Notes under the pieces: model-generated
Database searches by the model: none
The model's input: the letters and a program-made list of their open reading frames with translations, nothing else
What the model was told of the DNA's origin: nothing
Translations under genes and position numbers: made by a program
NCBI GenBank assembly: GCA_044226015.1
Contig: JBGAHS010000002.1
Location: forward strand, 288,001 to 352,000
Length of the DNA: 64,000 nucleotides
Direction: 5' to 3'
Source of the DNA: Candidatus Obscuribacteraceae bacterium
Lineage (GTDB): Bacteria > Cyanobacteriota > Vampirovibrionia > Obscuribacterales > Obscuribacteraceae
In this document: in pieces, positions 9,917-20,188 of the stretch
How the letters are laid out: the number at the start of each line of letters is the position of its first letter
Position numbering within the stretch: the first letter of the stretch is position 1

Positions 9917-12268
9917 TCAGGTTCCAGCCACCGCAGCTTTGGACTTTTTCTCATTTAGTGCAGCCAGGCACATTACGACTTCTTCGTTAGTTGCCGGCAA
10001 TTGAAGCCTGGCCAACTCAGCCCCACTTACTGAACCAAGCGCGTATTTTACTGCGCACCAAACAGACAGTCCCAAACAGAGAGGTGGCTCACCAACCGCC
10101 TTAGTTCCAACTACGTTTACCGGATTCTCATGGTCGATCCAATTCACATTGAAAACACGAGGCGTGTCTTGAACATTTGGAATTTTATAAGTAGTTGGAG
10201 AATGGCTCAAAAGAGTACCGTCTGCAGCATAGGTCAAAGATTCTGTTGTAACCCATCCCATGCCCTGAACGAATGCGCCGGTTAGCTGCCCTCTCGCTAT
10301 ACCAGGATTGACGGGCTTACCTATGTCCATAAGGATATCGACACGATCCACCACGATGTCACCAGTAAACTTGTCTATAGTGACCTCAGCGATGGCTGCG
10401 CCTTGTGTGTAATAAAGGAACGGATGACCGGATGCTGTGCCTTCAGGTCCAGCATCCCAACTCCAATCGATGCCTTTTGTCGCGTAGAAACCGCGCTCGC
10501 CAAGGCTAACTCGATTGAGATACGCAAGTTTCACCAACTCCTTAAAAGTCAGCTTGAATGCGGGTCGCCGACGATCAAAAATGTAGCCGCCTTCCCATCT
10601 CACGCTATCAGGCGCCGGAAGAATGTCGGCAACCTTAGTTGCAATATGATGCGCAGCGAGGTCTGTCAGCCCCTTGCGAATTTTCTGGCAAGCATCAACA
10701 GCAGCAGACCCATTGAGGTCTGTAGCACTTGATGCAGCAGTCGCAGAGGTGTTGTTGTTTTTCTCAGTTGATGTTGGCATCACAATAACTTGATCAGCAT
10801 CGATATCGAACTCGCCTGCCACAATCTGCTTGATGTTTGTGTTGACCCCCTGCCCCATTTCGGTTGCGCCAGTCGAAACTTGCACACTGCCGTCAAGGTA
10901 TACATTTACGAGCGCGTTAGCTTGATTCAAATGTTTTGTATTGAAGGAAATACCAAACTTAACGGCCGAGCACGCAATGCCTTTCAAATGCGTGTTTGAC
11001 TTAGCATTGAACTCATCAACAGCCAGCTTTCTTTGCTTGTATTCAGAAGATGTTTCGAGATCAACAAATATCTTCTCCAGATTATTATCGAAAACAATTT
11101 CCCCATAAGGAGTAGTGTTTCGCTCTTCCTTTCCATAAAGATTGCGCTTACGAACCTCCATGGGGTCGAGCTTTAAGTAAGCCGCGATTTCTTCCATGAT
11201 ATTTTCAATTTGTGCAATTCCCTGGGGTCCACCGAAACCACGGAAAGCAGTATTAGGAGGCAAATGAGTTTTGCAGATGGTTCCCGTTATATCGGCGTTG
11301 TCCAAATAATATGCATTGTCCACATGGCACATTGCTCTTGCCATAACGGCAGTGGATAGGTCGAAAAAGGCGCCGCCATCAGAATAGAAGTCGACCTTCA
11401 GACCAGTAATGACACCATCTGCGGTGAATGCGACTTTATAATCATTCTTGAAAGGGTGCCGCTTTCCGGTAACCTGCATGTCTTGATCTTTGTTATAGAC
11501 TATCTTTGCGGGACGACGAGTCTTCAACGCCACAAGAGCTGCCATTGCAGCTGGATGAGTAGCCTGGCTCTCTTTACCACCGAAGCCACCACCCATTCTT
11601 TTTGTGATGCAAACGACCTCATTTATGTTCAAACTAAGCAGATGCGCAATAACTTCTTGCACTTCTGATGGATGCTGCGTTGAAGAATGCACTTCAAGCT
11701 GATTGTATTCCTTCGGTATGACGTATGCCGCCTGAGACTCAAGGTAGAACTGCTCTTGTCCTTTGTTCTCAAAAACACCTTCAATAGTATGAGCTGCATT
11801 TTTGAAAGCTGTTTCTACATCGCCTCGCTTAATTCTGCGAGTGGGTCCTAAAAAGGATTTTTTCGCCCGAGCCTGGTCGATGGTCAATATCAAATCGAGC
11901 TTTTCGTAATCGATCTTTATTGCCTTTTTCGCAGCTTCGATAGCTTTTCGGGTCTCGGCAGCAATCACAACAATCGGCTGTCCCATGAATTCGATTTCCT
12001 CTTCGACAAGAAGAAGCTCATCCTTGATGATAGGACCAAATCTATTGTCGCTGGGTAGGTCTTTATAAGTAAACAAAGCTACCACGCCATCAACTTTTCT
12101 GGCGTCTTCGATGTTTAGCGACTTCAACTTCGCGTGTGAAACAGGCGCATAATAGAAATCTACAAGAAGCTCACCACGGGCTGTCGGAAAATCATCTATG
12201 TAGATGGATTCACCCGAGACGTGCCCCTTAGCTGAATCATGCGGTATATCCTTCCCTACGGCTGACAT
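9917..12268 (-). CDS. xdhB: Xanthine dehydrogenase molybdopterin-binding subunit
   Basis: HDSAKGHVSG, QFYLE, SSTQHP, GGGFGGKESQ, FRGFGGPQG, TEMGQG and KAVGEPP motifs. Confidence 0.95.
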   Translation of the reverse strand: MSAVGKDIPHDSAKGHVSGESIYIDDFPTARGELLVDFYYAPVSHAKLKSLNIEDARKVDGVVALFTYKDLPSDNRFGPIIKDELLLVEEEIEFMGQPIVVIAAETRKAIEAAKKAIKIDYEKLDLILTIDQARAKKSFLGPTRRIKRGDVETAFKNAAHTIEGVFENKGQEQFYLESQAAYVIPKEYNQLEVHSSTQHPSEVQEVIAHLLSLNINEVVCITKRMGGGFGGKESQATHPAAMAALVALKTRRPAKIVYNKDQDMQVTGKRHPFKNDYKVAFTADGVITGLKVDFYSDGGAFFDLSTAVMARAMCHVDNAYYLDNADITGTICKTHLPPNTAFRGFGGPQGIAQIENIMEEIAAYLKLDPMEVRKRNLYGKEERNTTPYGEIVFDNNLEKIFVDLETSSEYKQRKLAVDEFNAKSNTHLKGIACSAVKFGISFNTKHLNQANALVNVYLDGSVQVSTGATEMGQGVNTNIKQIVAGEFDIDADQVIVMPTSTEKNNNTSATAASSATDLNGSAAVDACQKIRKGLTDLAAHHIATKVADILPAPDSVRWEGGYIFDRRRPAFKLTFKELVKLAYLNRVSLGERGFYATKGIDWSWDAGPEGTASGHPFLYYTQGAAIAEVTIDKFTGDIVVDRVDILMDIGKPVNPGIARGQLTGAFVQGMGWVTTESLTYAADGTLLSHSPTTYKIPNVQDTPRVFNVNWIDHENPVNVVGTKAVGEPPLCLGLSVWCAVKYALGSVSGAELARLQLPATNEEVVMCLAALNEKKSKAAVAGT

Positions 12269-13710
12269 ACTGCTACCCTCCCCTCTTGCAAATCATAGAA
12301 AAACTTCAACATAAGATTTCGCGCAAGCTGCAAGCGAAATGCCTTAGAGCCACGAACATCATCAATCGGTGTAATTTCGCTGGCAGCCAGTTCCCCAGCC
12401 TCCCGCGCATTCTCGAGAGTGAGTTCTTTGCCTTTCCAGAACTCTTCAGTTTTTGGCAAGCGCAGAATTGTAGCCGCAACGCCACCATATGCAATGGCAA
12501 TGTTTTCCACCACATTTCCCTTCAGGCTTAGCTTGAAAGCTGCCGTGTTTGTCGAAATATCCAGGTGTTTGCGCCGGGACACTTTGTAAAGCTTCACGAT
12601 ATCGCCCTTCTTGGGAAGCTCTAAAGCAACGGAACTGATGAACTCGTCTCGTTCCATATCGAAAATTTTGTAGCCCTTATAGAACTCATTTATTCTCACT
12701 TGCCGGCTTCCGCGGGCGCTGCGAAGCTCAATCACCGCATCCATCACAAACAAGAATGGCGGTGTGTCAGCGATGGGTGAAGCGTTTGCGATGTTACCAG
12801 CGAGAGTTCCGGCATTTCTGATTTGAGGAGAACCAAATACCCACAAAATATTATGAAACTCAGGAACCTTTGCCCTGAAATAATCTTCGAGCTGACTTAA
12901 GGTAACCCTCGCACCAATCGTCACCAGCCCGTTTGTTTCAGAAATCTGGTCTAATCCTCGAAGATTTGAAAAGCTCATCACCGCCTGTGGTGCGTAGCCT
13001 CTCTTATTCATCACAACACAGACATCTGTTCCGCCAGATATGATTACAGCTTCAGGGTGCTCAGCCTTAAACTTGCTGGCGTCCTCTATGCTCGAAGGAA
13101 TGAATGCTGTAAAACCATCATCAGAGCGCAACGTCACACTCTCTTTTAAAGCAGACTGAAATGCCTTAATCATCTCTGCTTCAGGATACTGCTCTTCTAA
13201 TGGAAGCAACTCCTCAGGCTTTACTTCCATGCCCGATTTCAAAATAGGCTCGTAACCAGTACATCTGCAAAGGTTTCCCGTAGTGCAATCCTTCAGTCCC
13301 TGCAAATCTGCTTTGCCATTCACTTTTTTGAGGTCGTCAAAATAACCGCACATCGCCATGATGAAGCCAGGCGTACAAAAACCACACTGTGTGCCATGAC
13401 ATTCTGTCATGCACTTTTGAACTTCATTCAGCTGAGCATTTTGCTTCAAACCTTCAACCGTGATGATGTGGGTCAGGTCCATCTGATGCATGTACTTGAT
13501 GCAAGAGTTCAGCGCTTTGTACTCCAACTTTCCATCTTTCAATTTGCCAACGAGAACCGAGCAAGCACCGCAATCGCCTTCCTCGCAAACAATTTTGGTT
13601 CCAGTAACTCCCATGCGATATCGCAAGAACGAGGATAGCGGCTGAAAAGCTTCGTCTCCCTTAACTTTCCACTCTTTGCCGTTGACGTAAAAATGTAAGT
13701 AGTCTCTCAT
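12256..13710 (-). CDS. xdhA: Xanthine dehydrogenase small subunit (2x[2Fe-2S] plus FAD)
   Basis: CEEGDCGAC, QCGFCTPG, NLCRCTGY, GGTD and GNIANASP motifs. Start placed at ATG 13710 (AAGGA RBS). Overlaps xdhB. Confidence 0.93.
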   Translation of the reverse strand: MRDYLHFYVNGKEWKVKGDEAFQPLSSFLRYRMGVTGTKIVCEEGDCGACSVLVGKLKDGKLEYKALNSCIKYMHQMDLTHIITVEGLKQNAQLNEVQKCMTECHGTQCGFCTPGFIMAMCGYFDDLKKVNGKADLQGLKDCTTGNLCRCTGYEPILKSGMEVKPEELLPLEEQYPEAEMIKAFQSALKESVTLRSDDGFTAFIPSSIEDASKFKAEHPEAVIISGGTDVCVVMNKRGYAPQAVMSFSNLRGLDQISETNGLVTIGARVTLSQLEDYFRAKVPEFHNILWVFGSPQIRNAGTLAGNIANASPIADTPPFLFVMDAVIELRSARGSRQVRINEFYKGYKIFDMERDEFISSVALELPKKGDIVKLYKVSRRKHLDISTNTAAFKLSLKGNVVENIAIAYGGVAATILRLPKTEEFWKGKELTLENAREAGELAASEITPIDDVRGSKAFRLQLARNLMLKFFYDLQEGRVAVCQP

Positions 13711-14186
13711 AAACTTCCTTGATTGAGGCGAGTCAAAGTAGTTAGATCGCCTGAAATGACTATCATAGGGCATTCAATGAGATAAAACACCCATGGCAGC
13801 CCAACTTACTATTCCCCCGTGACCGAGACTCCAAGCGTCTACTATCTAATAACTTAATGGGAATTCCGGAGACTCCTCTCCCCGCAACCAAGCTTCTAGA
13901 AGCCTTTTCGGCATTTACCCCCAAGCCGGGGATGCTCAGAGCCGAAACAAAAGAGGAGAAGTGGCGACTTGCAAGCCTAGCCTGGCAAATCCTCTAGAAT
14001 TGAGCACCGGTTTTGTGAACGTAACTTCAAAAACTCTACGCAATCGCCCGGTGAGAGCAAGCAAAATCGGAAAACGAGATTAGTTTTTCTCTAGAATCGC
14101 TTAGCTGAAGCATTTGAGGCGGGTAGATGGCCAACGAAAGTAATAAAATTAGCCTGCTCTGAAATCACCAGCTTGTGAGGGATTGT

Positions 14187-15734
14187 ATGCACTCTTCGAA
14201 AGTTTTATCACTACTTTCTTCACTGCTAATCGCAGGAATTTCACTCACAGGCTCGGCGCATGCGGCGACAAAGAGTATTCTTGAAATTAAGCCAGCACCG
14301 AAGCACGAAGGCATAGTGTTCGACCAATATTACCTAGCCTGCTTATCTCAAGCATCCTACATGATTGGAGATTTGGAGAGCAAAACTGCTGTACTTGTCG
14401 ACCCAGAACGAAATATCGACAAGTATGTCAAAGACGCTGAGGCTCAGGGTCTTACGATAACCCATGTGATACTCACTCACGTTCACGCTGATTTCATAGC
14501 AGGACATATTGAAAGCGAAAAGCGCCTTAAAACAAAGATTTGCATGGGTTACAAGGCTGAAGCGAAATTCAAGTTTGAGCCGCTCAAAGAAGGAGACGTA
14601 ATCAAAGTTGGTCGCCTGAATTTGAAGGTTCTGGAAACGCCAGGACATACGACAGAATCCATTTCATTGCTGGTTTACGACAGCAAACAAGATGCAGCAA
14701 AGCCCTATGCCGTGTTGACAGGTGATTGCCTCTTCATCGGAGACGTTGGCCGTCCAGATTTGATGGCAACTTTCGGCGTCACTGCAAAAGAATTGGCCGG
14801 TATGGAATATGATTCATTGCATGACAAACTCTTGAAACTGCCTGATGAAACTCTGGTTTACCCAGCCCACGGAGCCGGTTCTCTCTGCGGCAAAAATCTC
14901 AGTGCAGAAACTGTTTCTACCATGGGCGAGCAACGCAAGTCTAATTATGCATTGCAGGACATGAGCAAAGAGAAATTCGTCAGCCTGCTAACGAGCAACC
15001 AACCAAAGCCACCAAAATATTGGGGATTTGAACGAAAGATCAATCTCAATGCACACAAGACGCTCGATGAAGCAATTGCCGAAAATTTAAAGCCTGTAAA
15101 GGCTGAAGCTGCTATTGCCTCGCAAGAGAAGAACAAAACGCAAATTCTCGATGTACGTGAAGCCGATGATTTTGCAAAACACTACCTGAAAGGTTCGGTG
15201 AACATTCCACTGAGCGGACACTATGCATTCTGGGCAGGAAACTTCCTGGACATCGATGCTCCGATTGTGGTTATCGCACCTACTGGCAAAGAGAAGGAAG
15301 CAGTAGTTCGGCTGGGACGCATCGGATTCGATAATGTCACTGGCTATGTTGATGGTGGCATCGATGCATTTTCGACTCATCAGGAATTACTCAATACTAC
15401 AAATCGTCGCTCTGCTAGTGAGTTGGCGAAAAGCATGCAGTCCGAAAAACCGCCACTGGTAGTAGACATTAGAAATGAAATGGAAAGAAAAGAGTCATTC
15501 ATTGAAGGCACCACTCCAATTCCATTGATGAACATTCTTGATGAGAGCAGTAAATTGCCTCACGACAGAGAGATAGTTGTGCAATGTGCAACAGGTTTTC
15601 GCTCTTCGATAGCAGCCAGCTTGCTGCGCAAGAAAGGGTTCGACAAAGTTACTGATCTCAGCGGCGGCATCACGTCATGGAAAGAGAGTAAACTTCCGGT
15701 AAAAGGCTCCACTTCTTGCAAAGCAGTTGATTGA
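14187..15734 (+). CDS. CstB-like persulfide dioxygenase / pseudo-rhodanese / rhodanese fusion with predicted Sec signal peptide
   Basis: MBL motifs THVHADF, TPGHT, TGDCLF and PAHGAGSLCGK. The first rhodanese domain has no Cys; the second has CATGFRS. N-terminus MHSSKVLSLLSSLLIAGISLTGSAHA; GAGGGA RBS before ATG 14187. Confidence 0.88.
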   Translation: MHSSKVLSLLSSLLIAGISLTGSAHAATKSILEIKPAPKHEGIVFDQYYLACLSQASYMIGDLESKTAVLVDPERNIDKYVKDAEAQGLTITHVILTHVHADFIAGHIESEKRLKTKICMGYKAEAKFKFEPLKEGDVIKVGRLNLKVLETPGHTTESISLLVYDSKQDAAKPYAVLTGDCLFIGDVGRPDLMATFGVTAKELAGMEYDSLHDKLLKLPDETLVYPAHGAGSLCGKNLSAETVSTMGEQRKSNYALQDMSKEKFVSLLTSNQPKPPKYWGFERKINLNAHKTLDEAIAENLKPVKAEAAIASQEKNKTQILDVREADDFAKHYLKGSVNIPLSGHYAFWAGNFLDIDAPIVVIAPTGKEKEAVVRLGRIGFDNVTGYVDGGIDAFSTHQELLNTTNRRSASELAKSMQSEKPPLVVDIRNEMERKESFIEGTTPIPLMNILDESSKLPHDREIVVQCATGFRSSIAASLLRKKGFDKVTDLSGGITSWKESKLPVKGSTSCKAVD

Positions 15735-17005
15735 TGTCTAGCAAAAAAGAGTTCCAGAAAGAACTAGATCGAGTCAAAAGCGAAATACACAGGCGGAATT
15801 TTCTGAAGGCGCTCTTGCTTGGCACTATAGGTGGTGCTGCAACTGCCTGCTCTAAGCTTGGTGAAAACTCTCAAGAGCCACCAATAAACATTCCAGCAGG
15901 CCAGACGGTAGCTCGTTTTCCAGAAAAATCAGAATTAATAGTGCTCACCGACCGCCCTCCACAGCTGGAGACGCCGCTACTATATTTGCGTGAGGACCTC
16001 ACACCAAACGAAGCATTTTTCGTACGCTGGCATTACTCAGGCATACCAACTCAGGTTGATTTGAGAACCTTCAAGCTCAACGTCACAGGGTCTGTAGAAA
16101 CTCCACTTTCGCTGTCAGTAGATGACTTGAAGAAGAACTTCGAAGCGAAATCGATCGTAGCCGTTTTGCAATGCTCAGGCAATTCGCGTCGTTATGTGGA
16201 ACCAAACGTACCCGGTGGTCAATGGCAGAATGGTGCGATGGGTAACGCAAAGTGGACGGGCGTTCCACTGAAAGCATTGCTGGAAAAAGCAGGGCTAAAG
16301 AAAGAAGCAGCAGAAATTGCCCTGGCGGGACTGGACGAGCCACCACTTTCAAACATGCCAAAGTTCGCAAAGTCACTGGCGCTGGAACATGCTCTGAGCG
16401 AAGATGTGCTGGTCGCTTATGCAATGAACGATGCGCCACTACCCATGGTGAATGGATTTCCGCTGAGACTCGTTGTGCCAGGCTATTACGCGACCTACTG
16501 GGTAAAATCGCTGGCTGAAATTTCAGTGCTGCCAACAAAATTTGATGGCTACTGGATGAAAAAGGCGTATCGAATTCCTGACAATGAATATGCAGAAGAA
16601 AAGCCTGACTGCCTGGCAAAGGACACAGTTCCCATTAACAGAATGAATGTCCGGTCGATATTTGTTCGTCCAGACACAAGCGACCTAGTAAGCGCCGGAA
16701 AGGCTTTCGATATCGAAGGCTTGGCGTTTGATGGAGGAGTGGGCATCAGCAAAGTAGAGCTGAGCATTTACTCCGGTGATAATAACCCTGGAAAGTGGGC
16801 TGAGGCAAAAATTCAGCCAAATAGTTTTGGCAAATACTCGTGGGTACGCTGGAAATTCAACTGGCAGCCACCTGGCAAAGGCGATTACACTCTTGCAGTT
16901 CGAGCAAGCAATGCAAAAGGAGAGACCCAAACAGATCTAATTCATTGGAATAAGAGTGGCTATATGCGCAACTCTATAGAGAAGATGAAAGTGACGGTGG
17001 TCTGA
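15734..17005 (+). CDS. sorA: Sulfite oxidase family molybdoenzyme (SorA-type), Tat-exported, probable lipoprotein
   Basis: RRNFLK twin-Arg followed by ATAC lipobox; LTPNEAFFVRWH, Mo-ligating LQCSGNSR, GFPLRLVVPG, Ig-like dimerisation domain. Confidence 0.85.
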   Translation: MSSKKEFQKELDRVKSEIHRRNFLKALLLGTIGGAATACSKLGENSQEPPINIPAGQTVARFPEKSELIVLTDRPPQLETPLLYLREDLTPNEAFFVRWHYSGIPTQVDLRTFKLNVTGSVETPLSLSVDDLKKNFEAKSIVAVLQCSGNSRRYVEPNVPGGQWQNGAMGNAKWTGVPLKALLEKAGLKKEAAEIALAGLDEPPLSNMPKFAKSLALEHALSEDVLVAYAMNDAPLPMVNGFPLRLVVPGYYATYWVKSLAEISVLPTKFDGYWMKKAYRIPDNEYAEEKPDCLAKDTVPINRMNVRSIFVRPDTSDLVSAGKAFDIEGLAFDGGVGISKVELSIYSGDNNPGKWAEAKIQPNSFGKYSWVRWKFNWQPPGKGDYTLAVRASNAKGETQTDLIHWNKSGYMRNSIEKMKVTVV

Positions 17006-17379
17006 TGAAAAGCTACATTTTGCTTCTACTCTTGTGCGCATCTTCTCTTCTTGTCTCTTGTTCAAGTACAGAACCGAGCGCAGATTCTCCTGCCCCGGCA
17101 CAAATCTCGAAAACGGCAAAAGGCGAAGAATCGCCAGTGCATAGCATTGAGCTCCCAAAACTGGAAGCAGACTTTCCGCCAGGAGAGGGAAGAGACCTGT
17201 TTATTTCACGATGCACCGTTTGCCATTCACTTCGCTACGTGACCATGCAACCCGACTTTCCTGAAGCAACATGGGTAAAGGAAGTTGATAAAATGCGCAA
17301 GACCTGGGGAGCACACATTACCGAGGACGAGGCAAAAACAATAGTATCGTATTTAGTGACAATCAAAGGCAAGAAATAG
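17005..17379 (+). CDS. sorB: Monoheme cytochrome c lipoprotein (SorB-like)
   Basis: LLVSC lipobox; PPGEG...CTVCHS...MQP...WVKEVDKM...GAHI pattern; TGATG overlap with sorA. Confidence 0.8.
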   Translation: MKSYILLLLLCASSLLVSCSSTEPSADSPAPAQISKTAKGEESPVHSIELPKLEADFPPGEGRDLFISRCTVCHSLRYVTMQPDFPEATWVKEVDKMRKTWGAHITEDEAKTIVSYLVTIKGKK

Positions 17380-17392
17380 GGAGATTGCTGAC

Positions 17393-20188
17393 TTGAGCGA
17401 AGAGCACCCACAGCAAGAAAACGAAGCAGCCCTGCCGCGAATAGAATATGGGCTTATCAAGGCACATGGCATCGCAGCTCTTGCGGCGGTGGTTATTTCG
17501 GGACTGTTTGGACTTTTCATTGCCACAAAAATGCATATGCCAGATATGGCCGGAACTCATGCATGGTCAAGCTGGGGACGACTTCGCTTCGACCACACAC
17601 AGGGCATATTTTTTGGATGGCTGGGAAATGCGTTTCTCATGTTTCTCTATCACATCGTGCCCCGCCTGAGCAATCGTGAAGTATTCAGCAAAAAGTTAGG
17701 CTGGTTCATATTTGCAGTTTGGAACTTTGCAATCTTGATTCCCGGATGGATATTATGCTTGATGGGACAAAGTCAGTCTCTGGAATGGGCAGAGTTTCCA
17801 CTTGTCATAGACATATTCGTTGTAGCAGGCATGGCACTCGCCACGCTTCAATTCGTTCAACCTCTTTTGAGCAACGCTTCACTATCAAAACTATACGTTT
17901 CAGGTTGGTACATCATCGGTGGACTCATATTCACCCTGCTCGCTTATCCATTAGGAAATTTCGTACCACAATTGGTTTCTGGGGCAAAAGGTGCAGCCTT
18001 CAGCGGACTATGGATTCACGATGCAGTAGGTCTTTTTGTTACACCGCTTGCGCTAGCGATCTCTTACTGGGTCATTCCGGCAGTCACCCGCCGCCCAATC
18101 TTCAGCCATTTCCTCTCGATGATAGGATTTTGGCTTTTGTTCTTTGTATATCCTCTTAACGGCACGCACCACTACGTATATTCGTCAATTCCAATGGAAA
18201 CACAAGTCGCAGCGGTTACGGCATCTGCGATTTTAGGCATCGACGTAATTCTGGTAGTCACAAACCTTCTGCTTTCAATGAAGGGCGCAGCTAAAGAATC
18301 TATGGATGACACACCGCTGCGCTACGTTTTAACAGGAACATTCTTCTATTTAATTGTAAGCCTGCAGGGCTCTCTACAAGCATTGATGCCTATCAACAAG
18401 CTAGTTCATTTTAGCGATTGGGTAATAGGGCACGCGCACCTCGCGATGGTAGGTTTTGCTAGTTTCACCGTAATTGGTGGCATGGGTCATATCTGGCAGC
18501 GAATTCCAGAGGCAAAGTTCAACGCAGGTTTGTACCGAGCTTCGTACTGGCTGATTTTTATCGGGATGCTAGTGATGGTAGGCGAGCTGACTCTTGCAGG
18601 TCTCGTCGAAGCTAATATCTGGCAAGGAGCACAACCGTGGATTGAGTCGGTGCGAGCAGTTAAGCAATACTGGCTGGTCAGGACGGGCAGCGGCGCAATC
18701 TTGTTAATCGGTTTCCTGCATTTGTGCTTCGCATTCTGCTCTGGCAAGAAAACCGAAAGCAGTGTTTCATCAATTTCAACACAAGAAGAAAATGCAGCAA
18801 GCAAGGATGAACAGCTTGCGCAAAAACCAGCGCCTGTTTTGAACATGGCCTATTTGTCAGCTTCAATTGCAGGCGTGGGCTTCTTTCTTATGTCTTTCAG
18901 CTTGCTTGGAATAGCTCCTGGTTTGGCTATCGAAAGTGACGTGAAGAAAACAAAACCAAAGACGATGATTCCGCTTACGGCTAGCGAAGAACATGGACGT
19001 GAGGTATACGCTCGCGAAGGATGCGCTTATTGCCACACGCAGCAGGTCAGAAAAGTAGAATCTGACGCCGAAAGATTTGGTATGCCAACCCGGTCATGGG
19101 AAACAGTTTATGATTACCCGCAACTCTGGGGCACCCGAAGAATAGGACCAGACCTGGCAAGGGAGTCTTCAGTTCGCACAGATGACTGGCAATTAGCTCA
19201 CCTATATAACCCCCGATTAATTGTAAGCGATTCTGTCATGCCGCCTTATCCCTGGTTGTTCGACGGTTCAATCGACAAACCTAATAAGGATGGCCGGGAC
19301 TTACTTGCATACATCAAATCGCTAGGTCGTGCGCGCGAGCTTTCAGGAATAGAAGGGCAACCGGTTCCCGAGTATTGTCAATGCTCAGATGACGTAAAAA
19401 AACTCGAAACCACACCAATAGGATTTAACGCAAACGCCAGCAAAGCCAGACGAACAGGACCTCCCATTCAATTGTCGATGCCTACAGATGCTGCTGTGCT
19501 CAGCACTACGGTGAAAAGAGGCGAAACTCTGTTCGCACAGAACTGCGCTTCATGCCATGGAGCCGAAGGACGTGGAGACGGCAAAGTTGCAGCAAACCTG
19601 ATGCCCGCACCTGCGAACCTGAGAATCAAGAAGCTTTCAGCGGCACGCATCAGCTTCGTGCTTGAGAATGGTGTTTATGGAACGTCCATGCCGGCCTGGC
19701 GTGATATGGCTCACGATGATTTGGTCAGCCTTGCCAGCTACGTAAGCACTCTTTCTGACAAGGCACCATCGATTTCGATGCCGGTCACCGATATGACGAC
19801 AACACTCTTCAAAAAGAATTGCGCCAGCTGTCACGGCACCGCTGGTGGTGGCGATGGACCAGCAGCGGGAGCAATGGCTCCCGTACCGACAAACTTCCAC
19901 CTGGTGAAGCCTAGCATTGCACGAGCGCTCATGGTAATCAACGACGGCATTCCAGGAACGTCCATGCCACCCTGGAAAGACCAACTTTCTCTGCCCGAAA
20001 GAGCAATGCTCGCTTCTTACGTTTCGTCCATGTATAAAGAAGAAGGAACTTCCAAAGCGAAGGCAGAAGGCACAAGCAAATCAGAAGGCAGCACTAAGCC
20101 AGAAGCAACTACTAAACCAGAAGGCACAACTATCTCAGAAGCCACTATTGATACCGCAACTGGCACAAAACCTGAGGTAAGAAAATGA
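17393..20188 (+). CDS. Fused C-family (cbb3-type) heme-copper oxidase: CcoN-CcoO plus two cytochrome c domains
   Basis: CcoN His ligands in GRLRFDHT, WIHDAVG, YPLNGTHH and DWVIGHAH; CcoO EGCAYCHTQ, GTRRIGPDL and SVMPPY; two CASCH domains each with GTSMP. Confidence 0.9.
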   Translation: MSEEHPQQENEAALPRIEYGLIKAHGIAALAAVVISGLFGLFIATKMHMPDMAGTHAWSSWGRLRFDHTQGIFFGWLGNAFLMFLYHIVPRLSNREVFSKKLGWFIFAVWNFAILIPGWILCLMGQSQSLEWAEFPLVIDIFVVAGMALATLQFVQPLLSNASLSKLYVSGWYIIGGLIFTLLAYPLGNFVPQLVSGAKGAAFSGLWIHDAVGLFVTPLALAISYWVIPAVTRRPIFSHFLSMIGFWLLFFVYPLNGTHHYVYSSIPMETQVAAVTASAILGIDVILVVTNLLLSMKGAAKESMDDTPLRYVLTGTFFYLIVSLQGSLQALMPINKLVHFSDWVIGHAHLAMVGFASFTVIGGMGHIWQRIPEAKFNAGLYRASYWLIFIGMLVMVGELTLAGLVEANIWQGAQPWIESVRAVKQYWLVRTGSGAILLIGFLHLCFAFCSGKKTESSVSSISTQEENAASKDEQLAQKPAPVLNMAYLSASIAGVGFFLMSFSLLGIAPGLAIESDVKKTKPKTMIPLTASEEHGREVYAREGCAYCHTQQVRKVESDAERFGMPTRSWETVYDYPQLWGTRRIGPDLARESSVRTDDWQLAHLYNPRLIVSDSVMPPYPWLFDGSIDKPNKDGRDLLAYIKSLGRARELSGIEGQPVPEYCQCSDDVKKLETTPIGFNANASKARRTGPPIQLSMPTDAAVLSTTVKRGETLFAQNCASCHGAEGRGDGKVAANLMPAPANLRIKKLSAARISFVLENGVYGTSMPAWRDMAHDDLVSLASYVSTLSDKAPSISMPVTDMTTTLFKKNCASCHGTAGGGDGPAAGAMAPVPTNFHLVKPSIARALMVINDGIPGTSMPPWKDQLSLPERAMLASYVSSMYKEEGTSKAKAEGTSKSEGSTKPEATTKPEGTTISEATIDTATGTKPEVRK

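Noticed and set aside
13711..13773. N-terminal extension of xdhA given in the ORF track
   Set aside because: Family similarity starts at MRDYLHF, and ATG 13710 has an RBS.
14013..14032. Rex/CRP-like site TTGTGAA-N6-TTCAAAA upstream of the sulfur operon
   Set aside because: Spacing and second half-site do not fit either consensus; too weak to call.
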